Source: Octopus sinensis
Lineage: Eukaryota
Assembly (NCBI RefSeq): GCF_006345805.1
Contig: NW_021830031.1
Coordinates: forward strand, 186,001 to 250,000
Direction of reading: 5' to 3'
DNA length: 64,000 bases
Below are positions 1 to 12,507 of the stretch, one piece after another. Every line of letters starts with the position of its first letter. Position 1 is the first letter of the stretch. Under the pieces are notes generated by a model. It was not told where the DNA came from, made no database searches, and saw only the letters and a program-made list of their open reading frames with translations. The position numbers and the translations under genes were made by a program.

Positions 1-237
1 TGCTTTTATGTGGCATCGGCACTGGCAGGGTCACCAAGTAACTTGCAAGACAAAGGTCCCTTGAGAGGAGAGGGAGCATTAGAGGGGGTGATTAGGTGAT
101 CTTGGGTCAGATGGTGAATGGTTAGTGTGTGACAGACAGAAACAGATGACTTACAATAAAATGAGATCTTGTCAGGCACAGAGGAGTCATTAACCTGCTA
201 TGTATAAACCTTTAGCATTCAGACTATTCTATCAAAT

Positions 238-720
238 ATAATAATAATAATAACGGAAGTCTGTTGGGGTTCGACAATGACGTCAATGACGCCGGATGTG
301 GGAGCGGAACCCAAAGGCAGACGCGCAGATGCGGCCACATGTTGGCCACGTAACAGCAGAAGCAGGGTTGGGGATCCTCTCTCTTTTCAGGCTTGTTGCT
401 TCTGGTCCAGGATCTTGAGGCGCTTTTCCTCGAACAGCCTAACACCCTTTTGGACAGCTGTACGCCAGGCGCCATGGTTAGAGGCAAGCGATTCCCAGCC
501 ACGGGCTGAAATGCTGCAGGCCTCAAGGGAAGTTTTCAGGCTGTCCTTGTATCACCTCAGTGGCCTTCCAGGATTTCTTGTTCCAGAAGCCAACTCAGAG
601 AAGAAGATCATCTTTGGTAGATGCACGTTGTCCATTCGAACTACATGTCCGACCTACCGGAGCTGGGCCTTCATGATGAGGGCTTTGATCCCGGGCATTT
701 GCCTTTGTGATTCTGTCCAT
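238..720 (-). mobile_element. RTE-clade LINE 3' fragment
   Basis: Minus frame reads KAQLR*VGHVVRMDNVHLPKMIFFSELASGTRNPGRPLR*YKDSLK; (TAT)n tail. Confidence 0.8.
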
Positions 721-909
721 TAATTTACCTTCAATCATTACTTTGAACTGTAAAAGCAACTATTTAATTTTTTTTTTTGCTCAGGCGCAGGGTGGGGCCA
801 AGACTGAGAGGGTTAAAATAATGATGTCAAAGTTAAATCTTCAGTTCCTTCTCTTGATTTTTATTTCTTTTTATGTCTTTTGTCCTTTTTTTTACCATTT
901 GCTTTACAG

Positions 910-991
910 AGCAAAACTGGAGGAAAAACGTAAGAAAGATGAGGAGAGGAAAATAAAAGAGGAAGAGAAAGTGAAGGAGAAGGAAGAGGAA
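910..991 (+). CDS. CHAF1A: CHAF1A exon (first visible; K/E/R-rich coiled coil, AKLEEKRKKDEERKIKEEEKVKEKEEE)
   Basis: tttacag acceptor and GAA|gtaagt donor; ends in phase 0 and joins 2330 in frame; upstream exons lie outside the window. Confidence 0.8.
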
Positions 992-2329
992 GTAAGTTAT
1001 ATCCATCTGTCACAACTAGTCAGTTTGTCTGTCTGTGTGACTACGTCTACCAGTGTCTTTTGATACAGACATTGTCTTGAAATTTCTTCTTGTTCTAGAA
1101 TATAAAATGCATTCATTTTAACATTTTTAAATTCAAACCTGTCATTGCAATTTTTTATTAAAAATATTTACCATTAGAGACTTAGGTACTTAATTTTATA
1201 GGTGCAGACACTCATATATGTTTTAATTTACTGCTGTTTCAATTGCATGTACTGAGTTTTTCTACAGCCCTGCAAGCTTCTGCAATATCAGTGAATGTTT
1301 TGTTTCTTTTTTTCCTTTATACCAAGGTATAAATTTTAAGCAGGTGTGATTAAGAAGCCTAGGCTCTCTCACTGTGCAGTATCTTGGGCAGATGTCTTCT
1401 GCTATATAGCCCTATATAACCTTGTAGGTGGTTGGTGATTTGTTGTGCTTGAGATTTGTCAAGCCAAGTGAAATTGTGGATGTGGCCAGTGCTGGTGATG
1501 CATAAAAGGAAACCATTACACCTTTAGAGTGGTTGGCATTACGAAGGGCATCCAACCATAGAAACCAAGCCAAAATCAGACTGGAACCTGGTGCCGTTCT
1601 CTGGCTTACCAGTTACAGTCAAACTGTTTAACTCATGCTAGCATGGAAAATGGATGCTAAATGACGATGATGAGGAAACTGTAAGGAAGCCCATCATGTG
1701 TATGTTCTGCACCACTGCTTGGTAACTCCTGCTGGTTTGTTTTCGTCCCTGTAACTTAGTGGTTTGCTAAAGAAAAATTGATAGAATTAGTACCAGGCTT
1801 AAAAGTGGTGAGTACTGGAGTCACTTTATTTGAGTAAGCCGTACAAGGTGGTGCTCCAGCATGGTCGCAGTCTGATATGAGTAAAACAAAAGATGATGAC
1901 AACGTCCAATGTTGAATGTCCTTCATTTCAATTCTGATGTCTTTAGATACATGGTTCAGTGGTTAGAGTATCAAGCTCACAATCATGAAGTAGTGAGTTC
2001 GATTCCTGGACCAGGCTGTGTGTTGTGTTCTTGGGCAAAACACTTCGCGTTGCTCCGGTTCACATTGCTTATCTGTAGAAATGACTTGTGATGTTTACTG
2101 GTGCCAAGCTGTATTGGCCCCTTTGCCTTTCCCTTGGATAACATCGGTTACATGGAGAAGAGAGGCTGGCATGCATAGGTAACTGCTGGTCTTCCATAAA
2201 TAACCGTGCCCAGACTTATACCGCGGTGGGTAAATTTCTAGGTGCAATCCCATGGCCATTCATGACCCAAGGGGGTCTTTACCCTTTACACTAGATCTTG
2301 ATTAGATTATGTCATCTCATTTGTTTCAG

Positions 2330-2407
2330 ATGAGAAAACAACAAAGAAGAAAAGCAGCTTTCCAGAACTATTTTGTACAGAAACCTAAGAGTAAACCAGT
2401 TGCTAAG
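2330..2407 (+). CDS. CHAF1A: CHAF1A exon (MRKQQRRKAAFQNYFVQKPKSKPVAK; end of KER, internal PIP region)
   Basis: tttcag / AAG|gtttgt; 78 nt, phase 0-0; matches the position of human KAEITRFFQKPK. Confidence 0.85.
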
Positions 2408-2499
2408 GTTTGTTGAACATTTTTCTGCTTCATCCGTTGTGTGTGTGTGACTGTGTTTGTGTTGTTTGCATAATTATTTTTAAACAAAACAAGCATTTT

Positions 2500-2940
2500 T
2501 ACCTTTCTTTTGATATGCTCTGTGTTTCTTTCAATTAGTTTTAAATATAACAAAGAATTTACTAAAATAACTTCGTTATCATTAACCCTTTCGTTACTGT
2601 ATTTATTTTGAGATGCTCTGTGTTTCTTTCATTTACTTTAAATATAACAACGAATTTAGTAAAATAACTCATTTATCATTCAACTAGTGTCAGGAACATA
2701 AATTGTGACTAAGGTTTAGGGGAAGATTTTAATTCGAAACTTATGAAAACAAGACATTTGTACTCAGAGCCAGAGCCGGTTTCAGCCGGGTTGGTAACGA
2801 AAGGGTTAAGCTGATGTTAAGAACATAAATTGTGACTAAGGCTTGGTAGATTTTAATTCAGAACTTTTGGAAACAAGACATCTGTACTACATAGCCAGAG
2901 CCAGAACTGGTTTCGGCTGGGTTGGTATCAAAAGGGTTAA
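2500..2940 (+). mobile_element. piggyBac-like MITE (family P1) with a second P1 copy (2586-2805) inserted in its internal TTAA
   Basis: Inner copy TTAA|CCCTTT...AAAGGG|TTAA; other P1 copies at 16698-16918 (opposite orientation) and 39875-40101. Confidence 0.8.
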
Positions 2941-3343
2941 AAGATTTTTTTTATCTTTTGTTTATTACTAGACATAAGTTTCATAAACTACAAAATATAA
3001 ATATCCACACTACCACCCCTGAAACGTACCTGTTATAACTCTTTAACTGTATGTGACGGTATTTAGAATGCCCAAACTTATTTCTGCAAATGTGCTAAGC
3101 ACTGATGCTGACCATAAGGAGGTTCAATTTCTGAAGGGCTGCTTAAAAGGGGCCCTACTACCCCCCCCCCCCCATCCATTTTTACTGCATTTCCTCTTAT
3201 GCTTATTGACTAAACTATGAACTCCCATGGTATGAAATTCATTGCCATTGCTTCAAATTGGTCACCAATGCCATTTATCCAGTTTAAAATGTAGTAAAAA
3301 TAGGGAGGCTAGTGGGTGGGGGGGCAATTAGGCAGCACTTTAA

Positions 3344-3551
3344 CCCTTTAGTATTTAAGCCGGCCAAAATATTTAATCTGTTTTATGTTCAGACTGACCA
3401 GATCCAGGCCCTCACACCTACCCTACAATGTTATTCTACATTAAGTAATTACACCATCAAGATCTTGAAGATATGAGATAATGCATGATTAATTCAAATC
3501 AATGTGAATCAATAAGCATTATGTTTGATTGATAATCTGAACACTAAAGGG
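3344..3551 (+). mobile_element. piggyBac-like MITE (family P2)
   Basis: TTAA TSD and CCCTTTAG termini; second copy at 26862-27082. Confidence 0.8.
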
Positions 3552-4879
3552 TTAAGAATATAAAACCCCTTAGGACATTCCTTGTGATTAGAGGCGGTGC
3601 TAGTTTGAGTTTCGTTGTCCTTGCACCAATGGTCTCGGAGGAATTAATGGACAGAGAAACACCACTCAGATTTATAATAGGATTGTATTTCGAGTATTAA
3701 TTCCAGGTCAGTTCAGATTGGTAAATACCAAACATTTCTTCTATCTTTGTATTTTACTACTTCAGATTTTTCACATGTGTTCTGCTGGTCATAAACAAAA
3801 GGGAGGGACATTAAATATGACACTTCTACAAGGACAGCATGGACTCACTGCACAAACTCTTTTTGCTATAGATCTCCTTCAGTAGGGTTGACTTCAGGCT
3901 AGCAACTACAATAACAAAATAGATAAACACACGGGAACATGAATGTGAAACTAGTGGACGGTGTGAATTAAAATAATATAACGAACTGAAAGAAATGAAT
4001 TTCACTGAATGCTTTTTTTGTGGTCTCGTATATGTTTTAATTTACTGCTGTTTCAATTGCATGTACTGAGTTTTTCTACAGCCCTGCAAGCTTCTGCAAT
4101 ATCAGTGAATGTTTTGTTTCTTTTTTTTCCTTTATACCAAGGTACAAATTTTAAGCAGGTGATAAATGGCTGCACAACATCAATAAACCTCAAGAAAGGT
4201 GAAACAAATCTATTGTTCTTGTGAGTCATTGCAGAGATGATTGTCTTGCTCTAATATATATATATTTTTATATATAATGTGTGTGTTACTGTGCTGGTGA
4301 CATGCAAAAGGCACCCACTACTCTATTGGAGTGGCTGATGTTAGGAAGGGCATCCAGCTGTAGAAACCATGCCAAATCAGACCGGAACCTGGTACAGCTC
4401 ACTGGCTTGCTAGTTCCAGTCAAACTGTCTAACCCATGCCAGCATGGGAAGTGGAAGGTAGATGGCAGCACTGCTGCTACATATATATATATATATATAT
4501 TCTGTTAAAGAAGGTGCTGAGCTGGCGGAATCTGTTCAGTGCCAGACAAAATACTTAACAGCATTTCTTCTGATTCTTTACGTTCTGAGATCAAATGCTG
4601 TTGAGGCCAACTTTGCTTTTCATCCATTCAGGGTCAATGAAGTTTACATTTGAGCACTAGGTTCTCCTTTGTCTCAGAATTGCTGGCCTTTGCCAAAATT
4701 AGAAGTATGTATTGTTTTTAACATGAGTTTTGGATGAGATTTTATCTCAGACAATTTCAGAAATTCATGCCCTCTAATGATGTGTATACATTTAGTATGA
4801 TATACAGATGGCTATTTTAATTTATTTTCATTTATGTTATAAGTATTCAATTATTTCATTTTGTATTATTTATGAACAG

Positions 4880-5005
4880 CCAAAGGAGCATTCTGGCATG
4901 TTTATGCCATTTGAGGTGAAGAAAGACATGCGCATGGCACCGGCAGACAGACGATCTCTTTCCAAAGAATCTATGGACAAATTGGATGAAATTATGAATA
5001 TTCAG
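4880..5005 (+). CDS. CHAF1A: CHAF1A exon (PKEHSGMFMPFEVKKDMRMAP...EIMNIQ)
   Basis: gaacag / CAG|gtttgt; 126 nt; conserved FxPFExKxxMxxAP motif. Confidence 0.9.
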
Positions 5006-5324
5006 GTTTGTTTTCTGGACAATTCTTGCTTGATGCATTGATGTGTGTGTGTGTGGATGGATGGATCTATGTATGTGTCTGTTTTTCTATTTAAAGCTAC
5101 CTACCTATCCACCTTCCCACCCTTCTCCTGTTTCTCACCATTTGAGAGACGCATTTTTGATGTTGACATTATGACTGGTTGCTCTGAGCTTTTGATGGCC
5201 TCTGGAATATAAATGTTCCTTAACTTGAAAAAGGAAAAAGTAGGTGGCAACAGAAATAACATCTGGCCGTGAAATTCTGTGTCAAAACCAATTCCTATCC
5301 AAGCCATGCTAGCATGGTAAAATA

Positions 5325-5576
5325 GGCATTGGCTTTGTGGTTAAGAGTGTGGGCTACTAATCCAAAATTCCAAGTTTGATTCCAAGCAGTAACCTGAATA
5401 CGAATAATATCGAAAAATACCTTAGGAATGAGAACCCAAGTTTGAAATTTCCCCAAGACATCTGATGAAGGCTGGGGGTATATCAGCTGAAACATTGTGT
5501 TAACAACGAACAAGATGAAGACAAATATCCACTAAATAATGTGCATAATTCCTCATCTCTTAAATATAGAACTGTA
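5325..5576 (+). mobile_element. tRNA-head SINE-like element with a minimal hammerhead motif (family H, copy 1)
   Basis: A/B-box-like head, (AAT)n spacer, CTGATGA..GAAAC core at 5462-5493; homologous to 18421-18625, 38791-39024 and 39024-39304. Confidence 0.7.
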
Positions 5577-7052
5577 ACGGCATTAAGTGTGGAGGCGCGT
5601 GGCTTAGTGGTGAGGGTGTCAGCATCATGATCGTAAGATTGTGGTTTCGATTCCTGGACCGGGCGACTCGTTGTGTTCTTGAGCAAAACACTTCTCGTTA
5701 CTCCAGTCCACTCAGCTGGCAAAAATGAGTAACGCTGCGATGGACTGGCGTCCCGTCCAGCTGGGGAACACATACACCATTGAAACCGAGAAACCGGGCC
5801 CATGAGCCTGGCTAGGCTTGAAAAGGGTGCATTTATTATTTTTTTTTAAGGGCATTAAGTAAATAAATGAAGGAGATATATATGTAGCTAGGTGTAGGCA
5901 TGGCTGTCTGGTAAGAAGTTTGCTTCTCAACCACATGGTTCCAGGTTCTCTCCCCTTGCATGGTACCTTGGGCGGGTGTGTTCTACTGACCAAAGCCTTG
6001 TGAGTGGATTTGGTAGACGGAAACTGAAAGAAGCCCATTGTGTGTGTGTGTGTCATTGTCTTTGTCCCCTGCCATCGCTTTACAACCAGTGTTGGTTTGT
6101 TTTCGTCCTTGTAACTTGGCAGTTTGGCAAAAAGACCGATAGAATACGTTTCAGGCTTTACAAATAGATAATACTTTGTTTGACTAAAATTCTAAAGTGC
6201 CCCAGCATGGCCACAGTTTAATAACTGAAACATGTAAAAAGCTATATACATGGGTAGTTATTTATATACATTTCCACCCAGTGTTCAGCTAATTGAACAA
6301 CCTGTAAGAGTTTCAATGGAATACAGTCTCAGTGAATGTGCCAAAGCTGAGTTTCCAGAACTTCAGATATAGTGAAAACAGTACATCTTATTGCATTTAA
6401 TGACCATGTCAGTGGGAAGGACAAACAGAAAGAGTAATAGACACACTGCCAATTATATTAGTAAATGCCTGATTTTAGACATTTAAGGAAGAAGTGTTGT
6501 TTTAGTCTTTGGGATGATAAATGGCTAAAGGTAGTCAAATTAATTGTCCTAACTATATGTGACTGTCTTAACCCTTTTGATACCAGCCCATCTGATACTG
6601 CCTTTGGTTCTGTGAGTTACAAACTGCTTGCTTTAAAGTGGTCTAAATTAAAATTCTAGGTTAATTTATGTCCCAAACGTAGCTTAACCTATTATTATTT
6701 GAATTACTCTGTCAAGCATAATATTTATTATCTTGAATTAATCATGCATTGTCTCATAGCTTCGAGATTTCAATGAGTGATTGATTATTTTTAGAATGAC
6801 ATTGTAGGACAGGTGTAAGACGTTGGATCTGGCCAATTTCAGCATGAAACAGATAGAATATTTGGGTGAAATATGACTGGTTTAAATGCTTAAGAGTTTA
6901 TAAGTTGTTTTACTGTATTTCTCATTGTTTGAAATCATTTGAAATAAAGAGGTGTTTTTCAATAGAAATTTAGTGACAACTGAGTTAATTTGATAAATAC
7001 CACACTGTTTTAGCATGGACAGAATGTAAAGGACAGCTATATCTAGTATGTA

Positions 7053-7083
<31 letters not shown>

Positions 7084-7141
7084 AAGAGTGAGTGTATATA
7101 TGTGTTTATAAGATATTAATGATGTATTTCTATTATTGTAG

Positions 7142-7218
7142 GATCACCAGCCTTTGTATCAAGCTGAGTTGAAATCTAATGGCTTCACACCCAGGAAATC
7201 TGGGAAGACCTGGCCTAG
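7142..7218 (+). CDS. CHAF1A: CHAF1A exon (DHQPLYQAELKSNGFTPRKSGKTWP)
   Basis: ttgtag / AG|gtaaga; 77 nt ending in phase 2, which matches the next exon. Confidence 0.8.
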
Positions 7219-7396
7219 GTAAGACATTGTTGTTGTTGCTCATTATTCATCATCACCACCACCACTATCGCCACCACCATCATCTAGAATTTTGGTTTAT
7301 GCTTGTTGTTTTTTCTTTTTTCATTTTGGTGTAAATTTATGTGGTTATTGGTATATCAATCTAGTAATATATAAGAAATCATTATCATCACCAATA

Positions 7397-7431
<35 letters not shown>

Positions 7432-8856
7432 TTTTGTTTGGCTCGGGTTTGGTCTTATTCCTGGTAGGAATTATGTGGATAGCTGGTTACTACCTGTAAC
7501 CTTAGGTATCCACAACTTTTCTGCAGTCTTTCAAGTGCTTAGAACCCTCCTGATAATCCTTGCTGTCCCGAAGAGACGAAGGCATTCTATTTCAACCTCC
7601 TTCAGCCATTTGTCTATGTCTTGGCTTACTGTTCCCAAAGCACCAATTATTATAGGCATGTCCTTTACTGTTCACATGCTCCAAATTCTTCCTGAAATAG
7701 GAAGAGTTTTTATTATTAAGGCGCTGAGTGAAATGCTATGCCTGTCGCTACACTCTGAGTTCAAATTTCACCAAGGTCGACTTTGCCTTTCATCCTTTCA
7801 GGGTCAATAAATTAAGTACTAGTGAAACACTACCTACCCCTTTCCCCAAATTTCAGGCCTTGTGCCTATAGTAGAAAAGATTATTATTATTATATTATTA
7901 TTATTATTTTTTGTTTGGCTCGGGTTTGGTCTTATTCCTGGTAGGAATTATGTGGATAGCTGGTTACTACCTGTAACCTTAGGTATCCACAACTTTTCTG
8001 CAGTCTTTCAAGTGCTTAGAACCCTCCTGATAATCCTTGCTGTCCCGAAGAGACGAAGGCATTCTATTTCAACCTCCTTCAGCCATTTGTCTATGTCTTG
8101 GCTTACTGTTCCCAAAGCACCAATTATTATAGGCATGTCCTTTACTGTTCACATGCTCCAAATTCTTCCTGAAATAGGAAGAGTTTTTATTATTAAGGCG
8201 CTGAGTGAAATGCTATGCCTGTCGCTACACTCTGAGTTCAAATTTCACCAAGGTCGACTTTGCCTTTCATCCTTTCAGGGTCAATAAATTAAGTACTAGT
8301 GAAACACTACCTACCCCTTTCCCCAAATTTCAGGCCTTGTGCCTATAGTAGAAAAGATTATTATTATTATATTATTATTATTATTTTTTGTTTGGCTCGG
8401 GTTTGGTCTTATTCCTGGTAGGAATTATGTGGATAGCTGGTTACTACCTGTAACCTTAGGTATCCACAACTTTTCTGCAGTCTTTCAAGTGCTTAGAACC
8501 CTCCTGATAATCCTTGCTGTCCCGAAGAGACGAAGGCATTCTATTTCAACCTCCTTCAGCCATTTGTCTATGTCTTGGCTTACTGTTCCCAAAGCACCAA
8601 TTATTATAGGCATGTCCTTTACTGTTCACATGCTCCAAATTCTTCCTGAAATAGGAAGAGTTTTTATTATTAAGGCGCTGAGTGAAATGCTATGCCTGTC
8701 GCTACACTCTGAGTTCAAATTTCACCAAGGTCGACTTTGCCTTTCATCCTTTCAGGGTCAATAAATTAAGTACTAGTGAAACACTACCTACCCCTTTCCC
8801 CAAATTTCAGGCCTTGTGCCTATAGTAGAAAAGATTATTATTATTATTATTATTAC
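7397..8856. repeat. Three tandem 477-bp units, each a Dong-like LINE 3' fragment (-) plus a SINE family C fragment (+), separated by (TTA)n
   Basis: ORF-track stops at 7810/8287/8764 are 477 apart with identical peptides; minus strand reads MPIIIGALGTVSQDIDKWLKEVEIECLRLFGTARIIRRVLST*. Confidence 0.92.
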
Positions 8857-10614
8857 AATATGTTTGACTCTTGCTTTGTATTTGTACAAGTTGACTCCAA
8901 GTCTCACCCGGAGACCTCAAGAGACAACAAGTTAGGAGTTCAAGTTGGTATTCTGCTTAGGGTGTCATATATTTGGTTTTGCACATAGAGAAAATTATAA
9001 GTTGGTTTTAAAATTTGAGATTACGTAAACAGTATTTTACGTAGGATACGGGCAGTTCACATGAACACTATTGTTTGAATTTCTGCCATTTTGGGGCTTT
9101 CTGGTATCTGAGCTAGGTAGGAATCAGCCACTTTTGCTATCATTCCTGGGGCACCTTTGACAATAAGTATTGTTTTAGTCTTGAAGTTCCACAATTTGCC
9201 AATTTCTTTTTCAAGATCTTTATATTTGCTTAGTTTTTGGTAGGTCTTGACAGATACATTTATGTTGATTGGAACTGTCATATCAATGAAGAGGCATGAT
9301 TTTTGCCTGAAGTCCTTCAATATAATGTCTGTCAGTTTGCACAGTGAAGTTCAGAAGAATGAGATGTCATTTTCAAGTACCGGAGGTGGTTTGTGTTCCC
9401 ACCAATTTTTATCATGAGGCAGGTGCTGGTTTTTGCAAATTACCCTGTGAAAATACTGTGCTGCTCTATCATACTCTGTAGGCGCAAGAAGACTGCACAT
9501 GGAGACAACATGACCAATGGTTTCATTTTGTTGTTTACATACTTGACATGTTGGGCTACTGCCGTTCTTTAATATGTTGGCATGGTAGTTCTTTGTAGAT
9601 TGGCATTGATCTTGAGCTGCTATAATAAACCCTTCTGTTTTTGATTTTAAATCAGAAGACACTAACCATTGATGGCTAAGGGTTTTGTCAACATCAGCAT
9701 TATTAGCTCTCTTTGGGTATTTGGCATTGAGAAGTTTTTCTTGCCATTTATCAGTAAGAATATCTGAGGCAGCAGTTTTAGCACGGGTTTTCATATGCTT
9801 AGCTTTTCTGTACTTGTTTCCAGTACATCTAATTCTGGGATTCGTTGTATTTGGAATTCACTTAGATTTTCCTTTGCCTGTTTTGTTTCTGAGTATGATG
9901 CTTTCTTGTTTTCATGCTTTAAGACAAGTTTTAACATCAAGTCATCAGAGTTTTTCAGGTAGGTGTCTAGGCCAATTGTGGCAATCTTCATTGTTAATTC
10001 CAGTTGTAAAAGTCCATGGCCTCCCTCTTTTCTTCGCAGATAAAGTCGTTCTATATCTACCTTAGGGTGGTGCATTCTATCCATTGTCAACAATTTTCGT
10101 ATTTTTCTGTCAAGATTACATATTTCAGTTATTGACCAGTTAACAATAGTGAAACTGTAAGTCGTGACCGGTATGGCTAAAGTATTGATCGCTTCGATCC
10201 TGTTGCTTGCATTCAGCTGTATTTTAAGGATTGCCTTTACCCTGCGATAACATTCTCTTCTGATCCTTTCCCTCATCATTGAATGTTTGATTCCATCACA
10301 TTCAAATACCCCAAGGTATTTGTAGCTCTCTGCTGATTCTAACTCCTCCTTTATGACATTCTGTTGGTCAAGATTAACATTGGATGTCTCTCTCATTTTT
10401 CCTTTGATAAAAGTAGCTTTTACACATTTATTGCAGCCAAATTGCATCCTGATGTCATCACAGAATTAACAATTGCTAATAAGCCCTGTAGTTATTGGTA
10501 ATTTTTCGCAAAGAGCTTTAAATCATCCATGTAAAAGAGATAGTTTATATTTTTATCAAACATTTTATAGCCATATTGTACATCATTGAGCAATTTCAAG
10601 AGATGTATTAAGGC
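8857..10614 (-). mobile_element. 5'-truncated Dong/R4-type RLE non-LTR retrotransposon (degenerate)
   Basis: RT YMDD at 10522-10533, SYKYLG, RKEGGxGL, CCHC knuckle (CQVC..ETIGHVVSMC), RLE K..KY, TARILRK C-terminus; 3' end abuts (TAA)n. Confidence 0.9.
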
Positions 10615-10689
10615 TAGACAAAGACATTCTATTTCAATCTCCTTCAGCCATTTGTCTGTCTTGGTTTACTGTTCCCGAAGCACCAATTA

Positions 10690-10830
10690 TAAGGTTGTCC
10701 CAAAAGTTCGTAGAAAGTCTTGGAAAATAATGGTCTTTATTTTGAGGAATAATTTTTGTTGTTTTTGTTAGTACTTGGCGAGTAAAAATTCAATTTTCGC
10801 AAGTGTTTACGAACTTTTGGGACAACCTAA
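10690..10830. mobile_element. Mariner-type MITE (141 bp)
   Basis: TIR T(A/T)AGGTTGTCCCAAAAGTTCGTA; TA duplication (10688-89, 10831-32) against the uninterrupted paralog at about 7640. Confidence 0.88.
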
Positions 10831-10872
10831 TATTATAGGCATGTCCTTTACTGTTCACATGCTCCAAATTCT

Positions 10873-11289
10873 GGATCTTTTCAGTTTGAACGGCAGTTTT
10901 TCTAGCAGTATCATATGAAATTGTCACCCATAATTATGACCCTAGTATCGATCTATTGCATTTCAATCTGTTTTAGGGTTAGAGTTAGTTGGGGGGGGGG
11001 TATCTTTTTTTCTTCACAAATGTAAATAAACCCAAATCTATTTCTTAAATGAGGGACATATTCATACGGCACAGAATGTTTTTTACCTCAATAGACGTCA
11101 GTGATTGGTTGAAATTGCAGAAATTGAAGAAGAAAAAAAACAACAAATATCTTACAAACTATAGAATTTTCTCAATAAAGCCAAGAGAAAAAGATGTTTT
11201 ATAAACACATTCTACCAGTATACGAAGTTTAAAATTTTTTAGTTACCTAGAAATTATGTTAAAAACTGCCGTTCAAACCGAAAAGATCC
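10873..11289. mobile_element. MITE with GGATCTTTTC(A/G)GTTTGAACGGCAG TIR and 8-bp TSD (Merlin- or hAT-like)
   Basis: TSD CAAATTCT on both sides; superfamily not determined. Confidence 0.85.
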
Positions 11290-11901
11290 CAAATTCTTCC
11301 TAAAGTAGGAATTATTATTATTATTAAGGCGCTAGGCAAAATGCTTTGCCTATCACTACATTCTGAGTGGTGATATTATTATTATTATTGTTACTCTTAT
11401 GAAGGAAGTGAGCTGGCAGAATTGTAAGCATGCCAAACAAAAATGCTAAATGGAATTTCGTCTGTTTATACTTTCTGAATTCAAATTCTGCCTAGGTTTA
11501 CATTGCCTATCATCATTTTGGAGTAGATGTAATCAACTATTCAATTATCTGCAACCTTTCCTGCCTTGTGTCTGCAGTAGAAATGATTATTATTCTCACT
11601 GTTGTGCCGGTGCCACATAAAAATTACCCATGCTGGCACCATGTGTAAAGCACTGGTATTGGTGCCACATAAAAAGCACCCGGTAAACTCTGGTTGGCAT
11701 TAGGAAAGGAAAGGCATCCAGCCGTAGAAACTCTGCTAAAGCAGACAAATGGAGCCTTGTGCAGCTCTCCAGCTTGCCAGTTTCTGTCAATCTGTCCGAC
11801 CCATGCCAGCATGAAAAACAGATGTTATATGATGAGGATGAGGATGATGATGTATCTTCTAATGCAATTGTGTTTTTTTTTCCATTCTGTTGCTGCTTCA
11901 G

Positions 11902-12070
11902 GGAAGGCGACCAGGTTGATGATATTTCACACGAAGACGACGTTGTGAAGAAGGTGACTTATCATGTCAAACTGTTGCAGTTTCACACCAACTACCGTCC
12001 TCCTTATTATGGCACCTGGAGGAAATCCAGCAATGTCTTGTTAGCCAAAAATCCATGGAAGAAAGATACG
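11902..12070 (+). CDS. CHAF1A: CHAF1A exon (KLLQFHTNYRPPYYGTWRK...NPWKKDT)
   Basis: cttcag / ACG|gtatgc; hallmark CAF1A motif KLLQFxxNxRPxYxGTW. Confidence 0.95.
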
Positions 12071-12507
12071 GTATGCTGCTGTGTTTTTTTTTGTGTGTGT
12101 GATTGGTTTTGTCCCCCATGTTCCCATGTTTTATTTCTCTCTGATCTCCTCCGTGACATAACACTGTGTTGCTTTGTATCAGTTCGCCAGTCCTGAAGAA
12201 CATGATGTTGTGAGAATTGTATTAATCTGCATAGGGGATGTTTTGGCATTGCTGATTCAATGCTGACTTACTTGCCATTGGATGTTTTAATGTTTCTGTT
12301 ATGCTTTGTCTGTATGCGTAATGTCCTCTCTCTCTCTCTGCAAGCATCTAGTTATGTTTGCATGTATGTGTAATATATCTCTCTCTCTTTCTCTTATTTC
12401 TCTGAGCATCTAGTTATGTTAGTCTCTATCATCCTCATCATCTATGTTTGTGTTTCTTATCTTCTCTTTCTCTCTCTGAGTCACTGACTCTGTGTATATG
12501 TGTACAT

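Noticed and set aside
277-723. 148-aa plus-strand ORF
   Set aside because: It is antisense to an RTE LINE fragment.
3143-3343. Possible Kolobok-type MITE between TTAA sites
   Set aside because: The TIRs are too degenerate to support a call.
7292-8764. Three identical hydrophobic ORFs resembling a tandem membrane-protein family
   Set aside because: They are antisense readings of a LINE 3' end plus (TTA)n and SINE sequence inside a CHAF1A intron.
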